Source: Candidatus Hydrogenedens sp. (lineage in GTDB: Bacteria > Hydrogenedentota > Hydrogenedentia > Hydrogenedentales > Hydrogenedentaceae). Taken from it: 64,000 bases of DNA. The stretch lies in the NCBI GenBank assembly GCA_049968235.1, contig JBMFRC010000003.1:203463-267462 (forward strand). The letters run 5' to 3'. The notes beneath the pieces were generated by a model, which made no database searches, was not told the DNA's origin, and worked only from the letters and a program-made list of their open reading frames with translations. Positions within the stretch are counted from its first letter, which is position 1. Every line of letters starts with the position of its first letter. Below are positions 9,480-18,890 of this stretch, one piece after another. The position numbers were made by a program, and so were the translations under genes.

Positions 9480-9749
9480 ATGGCTTTAACAAAGGAGAAA
9501 AAGCAAGAACTTATTCAGGAATTTGCACGAACCAATGAAGATACGGGTTCTCCTGAAGTGCAGGTAGCAATTCTCACGGAAAGAATTCGCGAGCTCACAG
9601 AACACTTGAAAAAGCATAAGAAGGATTTTGCAAGCCGTCGTGGTTTACTGCAAATGGTAGGGAAACGGCGTTCTTTATTAGCATACCTTCGCAAGAGTGA
9701 TTTTGAACGCTATCAGGCTCTCATTGATAAACTTAATCTTAGAAAATAA
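9480..9749 (+). CDS. rpsO: 30S ribosomal protein S15
   Basis: 89 aa from the second in-frame ATG, which has an SD 'aagga'. S15 family sequence '[36 protein letters not shown]'. The ORF-track start at 9465 adds 5 aa. Confidence 0.9.
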   Translation: MALTKEKKQELIQEFARTNEDTGSPEVQVAILTERIRELTEHLKKHKKDFASRRGLLQMVGKRRSLLAYLRKSDFERYQALIDKLNLRK

Positions 9750-9787
9750 CAATCATAATTCACGCCTAAATGTAAAGAAAATTAAAT

Positions 9788-12031
9788 ATGGTAGAAAGAA
9801 TTTCAGTAACAATCGGTACCAAAGAAGTTTCATTTGAAACGGGGAAAATAGCAAAGCAGGCACAGGGGGCTGTAATATGCCAATGTGGTGATACGATGGT
9901 GCTATCCACTGCTTGTGTGGACCTGAACACGAAATTGGATGTGGACTTTTTCCCGCTGACTGTTGATTATCGCGAAAAATTTTATTCCGTCGGTCAAATT
10001 CCCGGCAACTTTTTCCGTCGGGAGTCCAAACCTTCGGAGCGTGAAGTTCTCGTATCGCGATTGACAGACCGTCCTTTAAGACCTTTATTCCCCAAGTCTT
10101 TCAAGAACGAAGTTCAGGTATGTCAAACGGTCCTGTCCGCAGATAATGTTCATGACCCGGATGTATTGTCCATTAACGCTGCTTCTGCGGCACTCCATAT
10201 TTCGCCTATACCATTTTTAGAGCCTATTGGTGCGGTTCGTATCGGTTATATTGATGACAATTTTGTTGTAAATCCCACCATTGCGGAAATGAAAAACAGT
10301 CTAATTGATATTGTAGTTGCAGGGACAGAAAGCGCCATTTGCATGGTGGAAGGTATGGCGAAGGAAGTTTCAGAACAATTAATGATAGAAGCCCTTGAAT
10401 TTGGTCATATCTGGATAAAAAAACTGGTTTCCGCTATTGAAGAGTTACGAAGTAAATGTGGTAAGGAAAAATTACATGTTGAAGAGCCTGTTAAGAACGA
10501 AGCGTTAGAACAAGAAATTCAGCAATGGCTTTCCGGAAAAATGGAAGGTGTCTTATTCCAGACTGTAAAGCAGGAACGTAGGGAAGGGATTAGCAAACTT
10601 AAAGAAGAATTGCTTGCTTTTTTAAAAGAAAAATATGGGGAAGAACAATATCCTGAAATAGAAATACAAGCAAAAGAAATTTATGAAGAAATGGTTCGTA
10701 ATACATTGCGGGGACGGGTTATTAAAGAAAATCTTCGTGTAGATGGTCGTAAACTGGACGAGATTCGTCCTATCAGTATAGAAGTGGGGGTTCTCCCGCG
10801 TGCTCATGGTTCCGCATTGTTTACAAGAGGCGAAACTCAGGCTTTAGTAACAACGACATTGGGAACCAGTCAAGATGAACAGCGGTTGGATGAACTAACC
10901 GGTGATTCGATGAGTCGTTTCTTCTTGCATTACAATTTCCCGCCATGGTCTGTAGGGGAAGTGGGACGATTAGGTGCACCTGGAAGACGCGAAGTCGGGC
11001 ATGGAAAATTAGCGGAACGTGCTCTAACATGTGTTCTTCCATTCGACCCGAACGATTCCACCGTTGTAACGGACCCGACAACATGTTTCCCTTATGTCGT
11101 TCGTGTAGTATCCGACATAACCGAAAGCAATGGTTCGAGTTCAATGGCATCTGTTTGTGGTGGGTCATTAAGTTTAATGGATGCAGGTGTCCCCATTAAG
11201 TCTCATGTGGCAGGAATTGCTATGGGCTTAATCAAAGAAGGGGAAGAATTTCGTGTCCTGACGGATATCTTAGGAGATGAAGACCATCTCGGAGATATGG
11301 ATTTTAAAGTCTGTGGTACCCGTAAAGGAATTACTGCGTTCCAGATGGATACAAAGATTAAAGGTGTTCCTCGTTCTGTTATGGAGCAAGCCCTTGAACA
11401 GGCACGACAGGGACGCTTGTTTATATTAGATAAAATGGAAGCAGTTCTACCTCAACCACGCCCAGAAATTTCTCCGTATGCTCCACGAATATATACCATC
11501 AAAATTGACCCGGATAAAATCCGTGAGGTTATTGGTCCCGGAGGAAAAGTTATTCGTGATATACAGATGAAAACAGGGACAGAGATTACTATCCAGAACG
11601 ATGGGACAGTATTGATTGCTGCGGTTGATAGCGAGAGTGCGGCCAAAGCAACCGCGATGGTATCGGGTATTACCGCAGAAGTTGAGGTTGGAAAAATCTA
11701 TCATGGAAAAGTTACACGAGTTATGAACTTCGGTGCCTTTGTCAGCATACTGGGAAATCGAGAAGGTCTCGTGCATGTATCCGAATTGGCTCCCCACCGT
11801 GTCCAGGAAGTTACAGATGAAGTGAATATAGGTGATGAGATAGATGTGAAAGTAATTGAAGTAGATAAATTTGGTCGTATCAATCTTTCCAAAGTTCAGG
11901 CGGATATGGAAATGGGAAAAATTCCCAATGCACCGAGGAATAAAAGTAATCATTCCCAACCGCATTATGAAAGAAAGGACCGGGGGGGAAGGAATTTCAA
12001 TCGTAACGACTCCAATAGACATCGGCGTTAA
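9788..12031 (+). CDS. pnp: polyribonucleotide nucleotidyltransferase (PNPase)
   Basis: Two RNase PH domains, KH and S1 domains ('[13 protein letters not shown]'), and a basic C-terminal tail. In the conserved rpsO-pnp arrangement. Confidence 0.95.
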   Translation: MVERISVTIGTKEVSFETGKIAKQAQGAVICQCGDTMVLSTACVDLNTKLDVDFFPLTVDYREKFYSVGQIPGNFFRRESKPSEREVLVSRLTDRPLRPLFPKSFKNEVQVCQTVLSADNVHDPDVLSINAASAALHISPIPFLEPIGAVRIGYIDDNFVVNPTIAEMKNSLIDIVVAGTESAICMVEGMAKEVSEQLMIEALEFGHIWIKKLVSAIEELRSKCGKEKLHVEEPVKNEALEQEIQQWLSGKMEGVLFQTVKQERREGISKLKEELLAFLKEKYGEEQYPEIEIQAKEIYEEMVRNTLRGRVIKENLRVDGRKLDEIRPISIEVGVLPRAHGSALFTRGETQALVTTTLGTSQDEQRLDELTGDSMSRFFLHYNFPPWSVGEVGRLGAPGRREVGHGKLAERALTCVLPFDPNDSTVVTDPTTCFPYVVRVVSDITESNGSSSMASVCGGSLSLMDAGVPIKSHVAGIAMGLIKEGEEFRVLTDILGDEDHLGDMDFKVCGTRKGITAFQMDTKIKGVPRSVMEQALEQARQGRLFILDKMEAVLPQPRPEISPYAPRIYTIKIDPDKIREVIGPGGKVIRDIQMKTGTEITIQNDGTVLIAAVDSESAAKATAMVSGITAEVEVGKIYHGKVTRVMNFGAFVSILGNREGLVHVSELAPHRVQEVTDEVNIGDEIDVKVIEVDKFGRINLSKVQADMEMGKIPNAPRNKSNHSQPHYERKDRGGRNFNRNDSNRHRR

Positions 12032-12072
12032 TTCATATAGCAGAAATATCTTATCATCAATAAAATAGTTCC

Positions 12073-13383
12073 ATGAAACATTTTAAAAGGGCAAAGCATC
12101 CCATAACCCCTTCATTAGAGGAAAATATCAATTCCTATTCATTACCCAATGGTATCCGGGTATTTACGAAAAGTATTCCGTACTTATTTTCCGTAAATTT
12201 AGGTGTATGGGTGCCTGTGGGTTCCGCATCAGAACCCGAAGGTAAAGAGGGATTGGCTCATTTTTTAGAACATCTTTTCTTTAAAGGCACAAAAACAAGA
12301 AGCACTCGCGATATTATGGAAGCAATTGAATGTAAAGGAGGACAGATTAACGCCTTTACAACACAGGAATATACCTGCTTCTACATTAAAACGCTGACAG
12401 AATATTTATCGCTCGCCATTGAAATTTTATCGGATATCTTAAAGAATTCAACTTTCAAAGAGATAGACAAAGAACGGAATGTTATCCTTGAAGAAATATC
12501 TTTATTGGAAGACACACCGGAAGATATAATTTTAGACCTATTTCACCAATTTGTATGGCAAAAGCATCCCCTTTCACGACCCATATTAGGAACCATTTGT
12601 TCTATAAAACACCTGACACGACAGGATATTATCTCGTTTTATAGAAAAGTTTACTCCGCACAGAATATAATAATCACAGCGGTTGGAAATTTTAAAGAGC
12701 AAGAACTTCTCCATACTTTCCAATACTGGTTTCAGGACTTTCCAAAAAAGAACCTGAGAAAGGAAATAGAACACAAGCCAATATTTCATACCGGTGTAAA
12801 ACATCATTCACGCGATATATCACAAATGCATTTCTGTTTGGGTTATCCTGCATCATCGATAACGGATCAAGAGCGATTTGTCTGTGAATTAGCAAGTAAT
12901 ATATTAGGAGGGGGCTCTACTTCTCGACTTTTTTATCGTATTCGCGAGCAGGAAGGGCTTGCATACAATATATTTTCTTTCCACGACCTATTCCGGCAGG
13001 CAGGGACTTTCGGTGTATATGCAGGTGTGGCACCGGAGAATTTCAGGGATGTAGTCCATATTATCCTGAATGAGATAAAAAAATTGCATGATACACCTAT
13101 TACAGAAGCAGAACTTGATTTATATCGTCAGGAGCTCAAAGGTGAATTGCTCATGGCTCATGAACATGCGGAAACACACATGACGCGTATTGGTAAAAGC
13201 ATCATTTATCATAATCGTATTCTCTCCATCAAAGAAATCCTTTCTGCCCTTGACCTGATTACTCCCTTACAGATTTGTCAATTCTTCCGTAAGTATTGCA
13301 CATTCAATAATATTGCTCTGGTGTCATTAGGTCCTGCAAAATATAAGCTATCTGTTAAAGATATTCGAAGAGAATTACTCTGA
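12073..13383 (+). CDS. M16 family zinc peptidase (pitrilysin/insulinase-like)
   Basis: Inverted zinc motif 'HFLEHLFFKGT'. ~430 aa two-domain architecture; commonly found downstream of pnp. Confidence 0.8.
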   Translation: MKHFKRAKHPITPSLEENINSYSLPNGIRVFTKSIPYLFSVNLGVWVPVGSASEPEGKEGLAHFLEHLFFKGTKTRSTRDIMEAIECKGGQINAFTTQEYTCFYIKTLTEYLSLAIEILSDILKNSTFKEIDKERNVILEEISLLEDTPEDIILDLFHQFVWQKHPLSRPILGTICSIKHLTRQDIISFYRKVYSAQNIIITAVGNFKEQELLHTFQYWFQDFPKKNLRKEIEHKPIFHTGVKHHSRDISQMHFCLGYPASSITDQERFVCELASNILGGGSTSRLFYRIREQEGLAYNIFSFHDLFRQAGTFGVYAGVAPENFRDVVHIILNEIKKLHDTPITEAELDLYRQELKGELLMAHEHAETHMTRIGKSIIYHNRILSIKEILSALDLITPLQICQFFRKYCTFNNIALVSLGPAKYKLSVKDIRRELL

Positions 13384-13634
13384 TAAATATCTATTCTAAA
13401 AACTGTCTGGGTAAGGCTTTCTATTTATTTTTTTATAGGAGCGATGAGGGTAAGGCAGACCTGTCTGATATGTGTATTCCTCTTTTTTAGTTACTATCAT
13501 CGGTCTCTTCAGTTCGTCTGGGTTAATATGAAAAGTTGAAAGGTTACTTCTCCTATAAAATAAAAGAGTGTATAATTATGTTAAAAGAAAAAAAGGTATG
13601 AAACGGATAATCTGAATTGGAGGATTAAGAACAT

Positions 13635-14291
13635 TTGAGAATACATCAGCATGTAAACCCGCTGAATAAAAAATATCTTGTTGTTCCACCGATGCCCCAA
13701 TGGTCGAATGTTTATAAGGAACCTTTTCTTCCCCTTCATCTTGATTTAGGTTCTGCGAGTGGTAAATTCTTGCTCCAAATGGCACAAAAGAATAGGGATT
13801 GGAATTATTTAGGATTGGAGATACGTGAACCGTTGGTAGAACGAGCCAATCGCTGGAAAGATGAGTTAAGACTTACCAATCTTTACTTCTTTTTTGGGCA
13901 TACGCATGTTGTTTTACATCCTCTTCTTGAAAGTTTACCTGTTGGCGTATTGCACTATGTAAGTATTAACTTTCCAGACCCGTGGTTCAAGAGACGCCAC
14001 CATAAACGGAGATTGGTTACGCCAGAACTGGTTCAGATATTGGCAAAATATTTACAGCCTGAGGGAAAGGTATTTATTCAAACCGATGTTGAAGAGTTAA
14101 GTAAGAATATTTGTGATGCCTTTGTAAATAGTTCTCATTTCCGAATTGTAAATACACCGACAGAACAAAATCCTTTTGGTATCCCGACAGAACGAGAAAT
14201 GTCTGTGGCACGATTAGGTCGTTATATATATAGAACTGTATTGGAACGGAAAATTGAAATTTTGAAAGAAATCAATCCAAACAACAATTAG
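13635..14291 (+). CDS. trmB: tRNA (guanine46-N7)-methyltransferase
   Basis: 218 aa with TrmB motifs 'LDLGSASGKFLLQMA', 'NYLGLEI' and 'INFPDPWFKRRHHKRRL'. TTG start with an upstream GGAGG. Confidence 0.85.
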   Translation: MRIHQHVNPLNKKYLVVPPMPQWSNVYKEPFLPLHLDLGSASGKFLLQMAQKNRDWNYLGLEIREPLVERANRWKDELRLTNLYFFFGHTHVVLHPLLESLPVGVLHYVSINFPDPWFKRRHHKRRLVTPELVQILAKYLQPEGKVFIQTDVEELSKNICDAFVNSSHFRIVNTPTEQNPFGIPTEREMSVARLGRYIYRTVLERKIEILKEINPNNN

Positions 14292-14300
14292 GACATAAAT

Positions 14301-16601
14301 ATGACCATGCGAGGATATTTTATCCCTTTAATTTTTCTCTTATCCTTTACAGCAATTCTTCCTTCTTTTGCAGGCGAGAAAATTAAATATCAATTAACAA
14401 TTAAGAGAGTTGGTGATGAAGGGATTGTAAATCCTGGAATTGGGACTTTCTACTATGATGCAGGGACCACTGTTTTTCTCAACGCTATTCCGACTGCAGA
14501 CTGGGCATTTGACCACTGGGAAGGTGCTGTTTCAGGGACAGACTTATTTACTCAAGTGCTGATGGACAAACCAAGGACAGTTACCGCTGTTTTTGTACCA
14601 GCACAATGGAGGCTGACCATTGAGCATAGTGGGAATGCTACCGGTACAACTTTCCCTGCTCCCGGGGTCTATGGATTTTTAGATGGTAGAACGGTAGGAG
14701 TTAGCTCTGGCACTTCGCCGGGTGTATATTTTGGAGGCTGGAGGGGTGATGTGATAAGTAATGAAGAATTTGTACAGGTGGTTATGAATTCTGACAAATA
14801 TATAAATGCACGATTCACGGATACAGGGTATACCCTTAGTATAAGTGTAATTGGTCCGGGAGGAACAACCCCCTGGCAAGGGACAGTGCATCGGTATTCA
14901 GAAGGATTATCTATATCTGTTGTATCTTATTCAACAAATCCTTTATGGCGGTTTGACCATTGGGAAGGTGATATAGGCGATAACGAATCACGATATTATA
15001 TCCTGTTGCAACTAACTATGGACCAGGACCGAAATATCACCGCGGTATTCATTGAGAAGCCATATTATAACCTTACATTGGAAATCGTTGGCGAAGGAGG
15101 TGTTTCTTTTCAACAGGGCTTTGATGACCCCGTAACTCTATCCACAGGTATCCATGAATTTAGCATTATTGAGTGGACCTATATTCGATGTGAAAAAATA
15201 ATCACTTCACCCACATGGAAATTTCTCCACTGGGAAGGAGATTTTGGTGATACATTGCCTACCTATTATCGATGTGCTTTCTCTATGGACAAAAACCGTT
15301 ATGTCCGTTGCATTTTTACCAATTTGACACAGGTCCCTGATGTTATAGGAACACCTCAAAATATCGCAGAAACGACCATTATAAATGGAGATTTGATAGT
15401 CGGTAACATTACAGAAATATGTAATGATAATTATGTATCAGGATATGTAATAGACCAATATCCACCTGCAGGGACTACTGTAGAAATAGGAAATTCTGTA
15501 TCACTCTGGGTTTCCACAGGACCTTGTCCTGTATCAGTGCCAAATCTTATCGGATTAACCATAGAAGAGGCAGAGAATGCAATAAATAGTGCCGGCTTAA
15601 CGCTGGGTAATGTGATGAACTCGTGTAATGATGAAATTGGGATGGGAATAGTATTTGGTCAAAATCCATTAGCGGGAGAGCAATTATTCCCCGGTAGTTC
15701 TGTAAATATTGAGGTATCTTCAGGACCCTGCCCGGCGGAAGGGATTATAGAAGGTGAAGGGATGGAGGAAGGTATGCCCGAAGGAGAAGGGACACCCGAA
15801 GGAGAGGTATGCGTCTGGATGGGAGCTTGTCCTAACTTTAGTTATGAAGGAATAAAAATGGGATATTTTGTCGGACAATTATGGAATAACTGCGATATTA
15901 ATCAATCCGAAATCCCCGATGCATGGGAGATAGAAATTGTTAAGTATTTGCTGTGCAATCCTCAGGGAATATGGGAGGATAAATTTATTTGTAAATTTAT
16001 TGAAAATTATAATATTCTGGCAACGGAGTCTTTATTCCATACAACTTATTATTCCTTCCGGCATATTTTAACAGGACTTCTTACTATAGGAACCAATATG
16101 GATATTTTAAGAAACACTTTCTTTCTAACCAAAAACTATTATCCATTTGAATATCCATCGGATAATTTCCCGTTATTGCCGGATGCGGATATTGATAATG
16201 ATGAATTAACTAATTATGAGGAATACCTCAGGGTAGTCGAACTTAACGGAAGTAACAATGCATTTATTCGGAACATTTTCAATCCTTCGCCTGTTCCTCC
16301 CATTCACTCCGCAGATATAAATCAGAACCATAGAATAGAGTTGACAGAACTACTTCGCATTATTCAATTCTTTAATTCTTCAGGATTCCACTGTGAAAAT
16401 GGGACAGAAGATGGTTATGCGCCGGGTTATGACGAGAGTTTCGATTTTTCATGTGAACAACACACGGCGGATTATTTGCCCCACGATTGGCATATTAGCC
16501 TTGAAGAAATTCTAAGGATGGTTCAGTTTTTCAACGCAGATGGCTATCAGATGTGTCCCTTTATTTCTGAAGATAGTTACTGTCCTATTTTCTCTGAGTA
16601 A
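14301..16601 (+). CDS. large secreted multi-domain surface protein: InlB-B-repeat-like modules, two PASTA domains, E/G-rich acidic linker, C-terminal dockerin/EF-hand-like module
   Basis: Signal peptide. About four repeats of the '(F/W)DHWEGD...TAVF' type (Listeria-Bacteroides repeat-like). PASTA-like 'VPNLIGLTIEEAENAINSAGLTLGNV...' appears twice. 'EGEGMEEGMPEGEGTPEGE' linker. C-terminus has 'DADIDNDELTNYEEY', 'DINQNHRIELTELLRIIQFFN' and 'ISLEEILRMVQFFN'. Confidence 0.6.
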   Translation: MTMRGYFIPLIFLLSFTAILPSFAGEKIKYQLTIKRVGDEGIVNPGIGTFYYDAGTTVFLNAIPTADWAFDHWEGAVSGTDLFTQVLMDKPRTVTAVFVPAQWRLTIEHSGNATGTTFPAPGVYGFLDGRTVGVSSGTSPGVYFGGWRGDVISNEEFVQVVMNSDKYINARFTDTGYTLSISVIGPGGTTPWQGTVHRYSEGLSISVVSYSTNPLWRFDHWEGDIGDNESRYYILLQLTMDQDRNITAVFIEKPYYNLTLEIVGEGGVSFQQGFDDPVTLSTGIHEFSIIEWTYIRCEKIITSPTWKFLHWEGDFGDTLPTYYRCAFSMDKNRYVRCIFTNLTQVPDVIGTPQNIAETTIINGDLIVGNITEICNDNYVSGYVIDQYPPAGTTVEIGNSVSLWVSTGPCPVSVPNLIGLTIEEAENAINSAGLTLGNVMNSCNDEIGMGIVFGQNPLAGEQLFPGSSVNIEVSSGPCPAEGIIEGEGMEEGMPEGEGTPEGEVCVWMGACPNFSYEGIKMGYFVGQLWNNCDINQSEIPDAWEIEIVKYLLCNPQGIWEDKFICKFIENYNILATESLFHTTYYSFRHILTGLLTIGTNMDILRNTFFLTKNYYPFEYPSDNFPLLPDADIDNDELTNYEEYLRVVELNGSNNAFIRNIFNPSPVPPIHSADINQNHRIELTELLRIIQFFNSSGFHCENGTEDGYAPGYDESFDFSCEQHTADYLPHDWHISLEEILRMVQFFNADGYQMCPFISEDSYCPIFSE

Positions 16602-16697
16602 TTTTACAAATTGTGAAATAAACGGTTCTTCTTCTACAATATCTCATACACATAAGAAAGTAATTCACTTATAACATATCCGTAGAGAACCTTTTTT

Positions 16698-17858
16698 ATG
16701 AAGAATAAACTGCTTTTTTTATGCTTATTTATTTCCCTGATAAATATGCAGTCCGCTATTCACGCGGAAGTGATTTTTGAAAAAGATTTCAAAACAAGTA
16801 GTATTCCTGAAACAAAAATTATCCGTTACAGAGTACTAAGTCATAATGACGAAAAAAAGGGCTATACTTTTTCATTTCTGGGGAAAGTTCTGAAAGGACA
16901 GGTTACTATTCAGATTGAAGATACTGAGAAAAACATTATTGAAAAAAGGGAAATTCCCGCTTTTTCTTTACTACACTGGCATTTTACATTGTCCGAAGAA
17001 AAAGGACTGGATAATATTTATATATCCTTACACCTAAAGGATATGGTTGGAAATATTTACTCCGTAGTTGTTCCCACTATACAAAGCCAGCAGGTTTACA
17101 TTGTTCAGGGGATAGTCGTATCTATGAACCTCCTTTTATTTTTCGCATGTATATATATCATCAGAAGAAAATCCCTTTATCTCTCATGGTGGGGTTGGGG
17201 AATACTGCTTGGGATTTCTGCAAAGGTTCTCTTTTATATTGTTGATTATATTGACTTTTTACCCACCACACTATTAATCAATTCTACAACCCTTGAAGAT
17301 GACCTTTCGGATTATCTTTTCTCTATCTATATCTCTTTACGGGAAACGGCTATCCTTTTCTTGATATTAGGCTTCTTCTCAAGCAGGTTATTATCGTTAG
17401 AACATAAAAAACAAATGGCTATAAGCATTTCTCTGGGTATTGCTCTTATATTCTTAACTTTCACCATTTTTGAGGGAGTATTACGAACATTTCAAATTAT
17501 GCCATCATTAAATATATCTCCCTATTCCCTGGCTCTCTTTTCTGTGCAGATAGCACGAACACCCTTTTATTACTTCCTCATTCCATTAAAAAATATAATT
17601 CTATTGATATTATGGTTTAGTGCTTTTTATCTAGCACTATCCGGTGCAATACAGGCAGAAAGAAGAACGGTAATTCGCGGAATATTAATATTTATCTTCA
17701 CAGAAGCAGTGCTCGTCTATTTTGAAAATTCCTATTTCATCTATCATAACTCCAGTTGGTGGGTTGTAGTTTCGGTATTAGTAATTAGTTTTTTCCCTGT
17801 GTTCATTTACAAATTCAAAACGTTTATATACGCCGAACCATCTCCCATCAAAAAATAA
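16698..17858 (+). CDS. membrane protein with N-terminal extracytoplasmic domain plus 7-8 TM helices (7TMR-DISM-like, no cytoplasmic output domain)
   Basis: Signal peptide, ~120-aa periplasmic domain, then seven to eight hydrophobic helices. The protein ends shortly after the last TM. Confidence 0.45.
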   Translation: MKNKLLFLCLFISLINMQSAIHAEVIFEKDFKTSSIPETKIIRYRVLSHNDEKKGYTFSFLGKVLKGQVTIQIEDTEKNIIEKREIPAFSLLHWHFTLSEEKGLDNIYISLHLKDMVGNIYSVVVPTIQSQQVYIVQGIVVSMNLLLFFACIYIIRRKSLYLSWWGWGILLGISAKVLFYIVDYIDFLPTTLLINSTTLEDDLSDYLFSIYISLRETAILFLILGFFSSRLLSLEHKKQMAISISLGIALIFLTFTIFEGVLRTFQIMPSLNISPYSLALFSVQIARTPFYYFLIPLKNIILLILWFSAFYLALSGAIQAERRTVIRGILIFIFTEAVLVYFENSYFIYHNSSWWVVVSVLVISFFPVFIYKFKTFIYAEPSPIKK

Positions 17859-17892
17859 ATCATCTTATACCCGACAAATTTCATATGAGACC

Positions 17893-18582
17893 TCTGAATA
17901 AGTCATCCGAGTTAGGTAGTATATAAGAAGGGGATGAGAGGAAAGATGAAACGAGAAGAGAAACTATTGAGGGTTGAATAACAAAGGAAGGAAAAACTAA
18001 AAATGAAGAAAGGTCTACACAGTATGGTAAAAAAGATAGAGCAAACAAGTTTTATAGATTACAAGATATCCCATCAAAGACAGCCCCGTCGTAGATGCTT
18101 TTTGAAACAGATGCAAGAGGTGATACGATGGATGGAATTTGAGCAGAGCTGCATAGAGAAAGGAGTATATAAATCGAATGGGCTAGAGCGAAGGCTTCCG
18201 TCTTTACTATTTTGTGCATTGTTGAGCAGTGAGTGATGATTTCTCTGTATTCTCTGTGGTTGATTATGTTTTTTTCCCACCACGGAGGACACGGAGGGTA
18301 CGGAGAGGCACAGAGAGGCACAGAAAGGCACAGAGAGAGGAACCTATCATTTCTTGTTAATGACTGCATATAATTTGAAGTGGATGTATGGGGAATTAAG
18401 GTTAAAAAGGATCAATATGCATGGATAACCAAAAGATAGAAAAATTGACATAAAACAGCACATAAAATAGTAAAAGTAGATTTATAGACTTTTGTATTTT
18501 AATTTCTTATCAGGATTTTATCTCATAAAAACATATATAAGTTATACCCTAACCTCTTACACTAATTGTTAAGAGGTCTCAT
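17893..18582 (+). mobile_element. degenerate IS5-family-derived element with 17-bp terminal inverted repeats, a transposase N-terminal remnant and a CACAGAGA-unit hairpin array
   Basis: Left end 'CATATGAGACCTCTGAA' (17895..), right end 'TTAAGAGGTCTCATATG' (..18582). The element contains a DUF772 fragment at 18003..18236. About 330 bp of it is repeated in inverted orientation at 49012..49340. Confidence 0.45.
18003..18236 (+). pseudogene. IS5/InsH-family transposase N-terminal (DUF772) fragment
   Basis: 77 aa 'QTSFIDYKISHQRQPRRRCFLKQMQEVIRWMEFEQ' resembles the InsH N-terminal domain (xxSFADxE...R..FLxxMxxVxPW). No DDE domain follows. Confidence 0.5.
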
Positions 18583-18890
18583 ATGTATTTTATTTCTTCA
18601 CTCTGCCCTATTATTCAGTACATTGCATATATTGTATCTGGCTCATTTTTATTCCCTGTTAGTGAGACACTACCAATACTTTTCCATTACAAGCAGAATA
18701 CCTCTTCGGTACTCCATTTTTCTTGTATGATTGTGGCAAAGAAGTTCTCTTTTTTGCCTGTGCTGATTGTTAGTTGGCGGTAATAGGGTGGCTATTTTTA
18801 CTTTTCTTTATTAACTGTAATAAACTATCTTATTATCTGTGCTTCAATAGAGTAAACAATAACAATAACTTACAAGAAGGAAAGATAACA

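Noticed and set aside
15730-15810. Tandem nucleotide repeat (gaaggnga n) suggestive of a VNTR
   Set aside because: It lies inside the coding region and encodes the E/G acidic linker (EGEGMEEGMPEGEG). It is a coding low-complexity repeat, not a non-coding satellite.
18052-18369. Minus-strand ORFs (105 and 85 aa) reading 'LTRNDRFLSLCLSV', and the similar plus-strand ORF 49230..49430
   Set aside because: They read through the CACAGAGA/TCTCTGTG repeat array of the IS-derived element. The same peptide appears in both copies only because the DNA repeat is shared, and there is no RBS or coding signal.
18583-18783. 66-aa ORF immediately after the element's right inverted repeat
   Set aside because: No RBS, hydrophobic low-complexity product, and it lies in the leader of the TAT oxidoreductase gene. 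It is probably non-coding.
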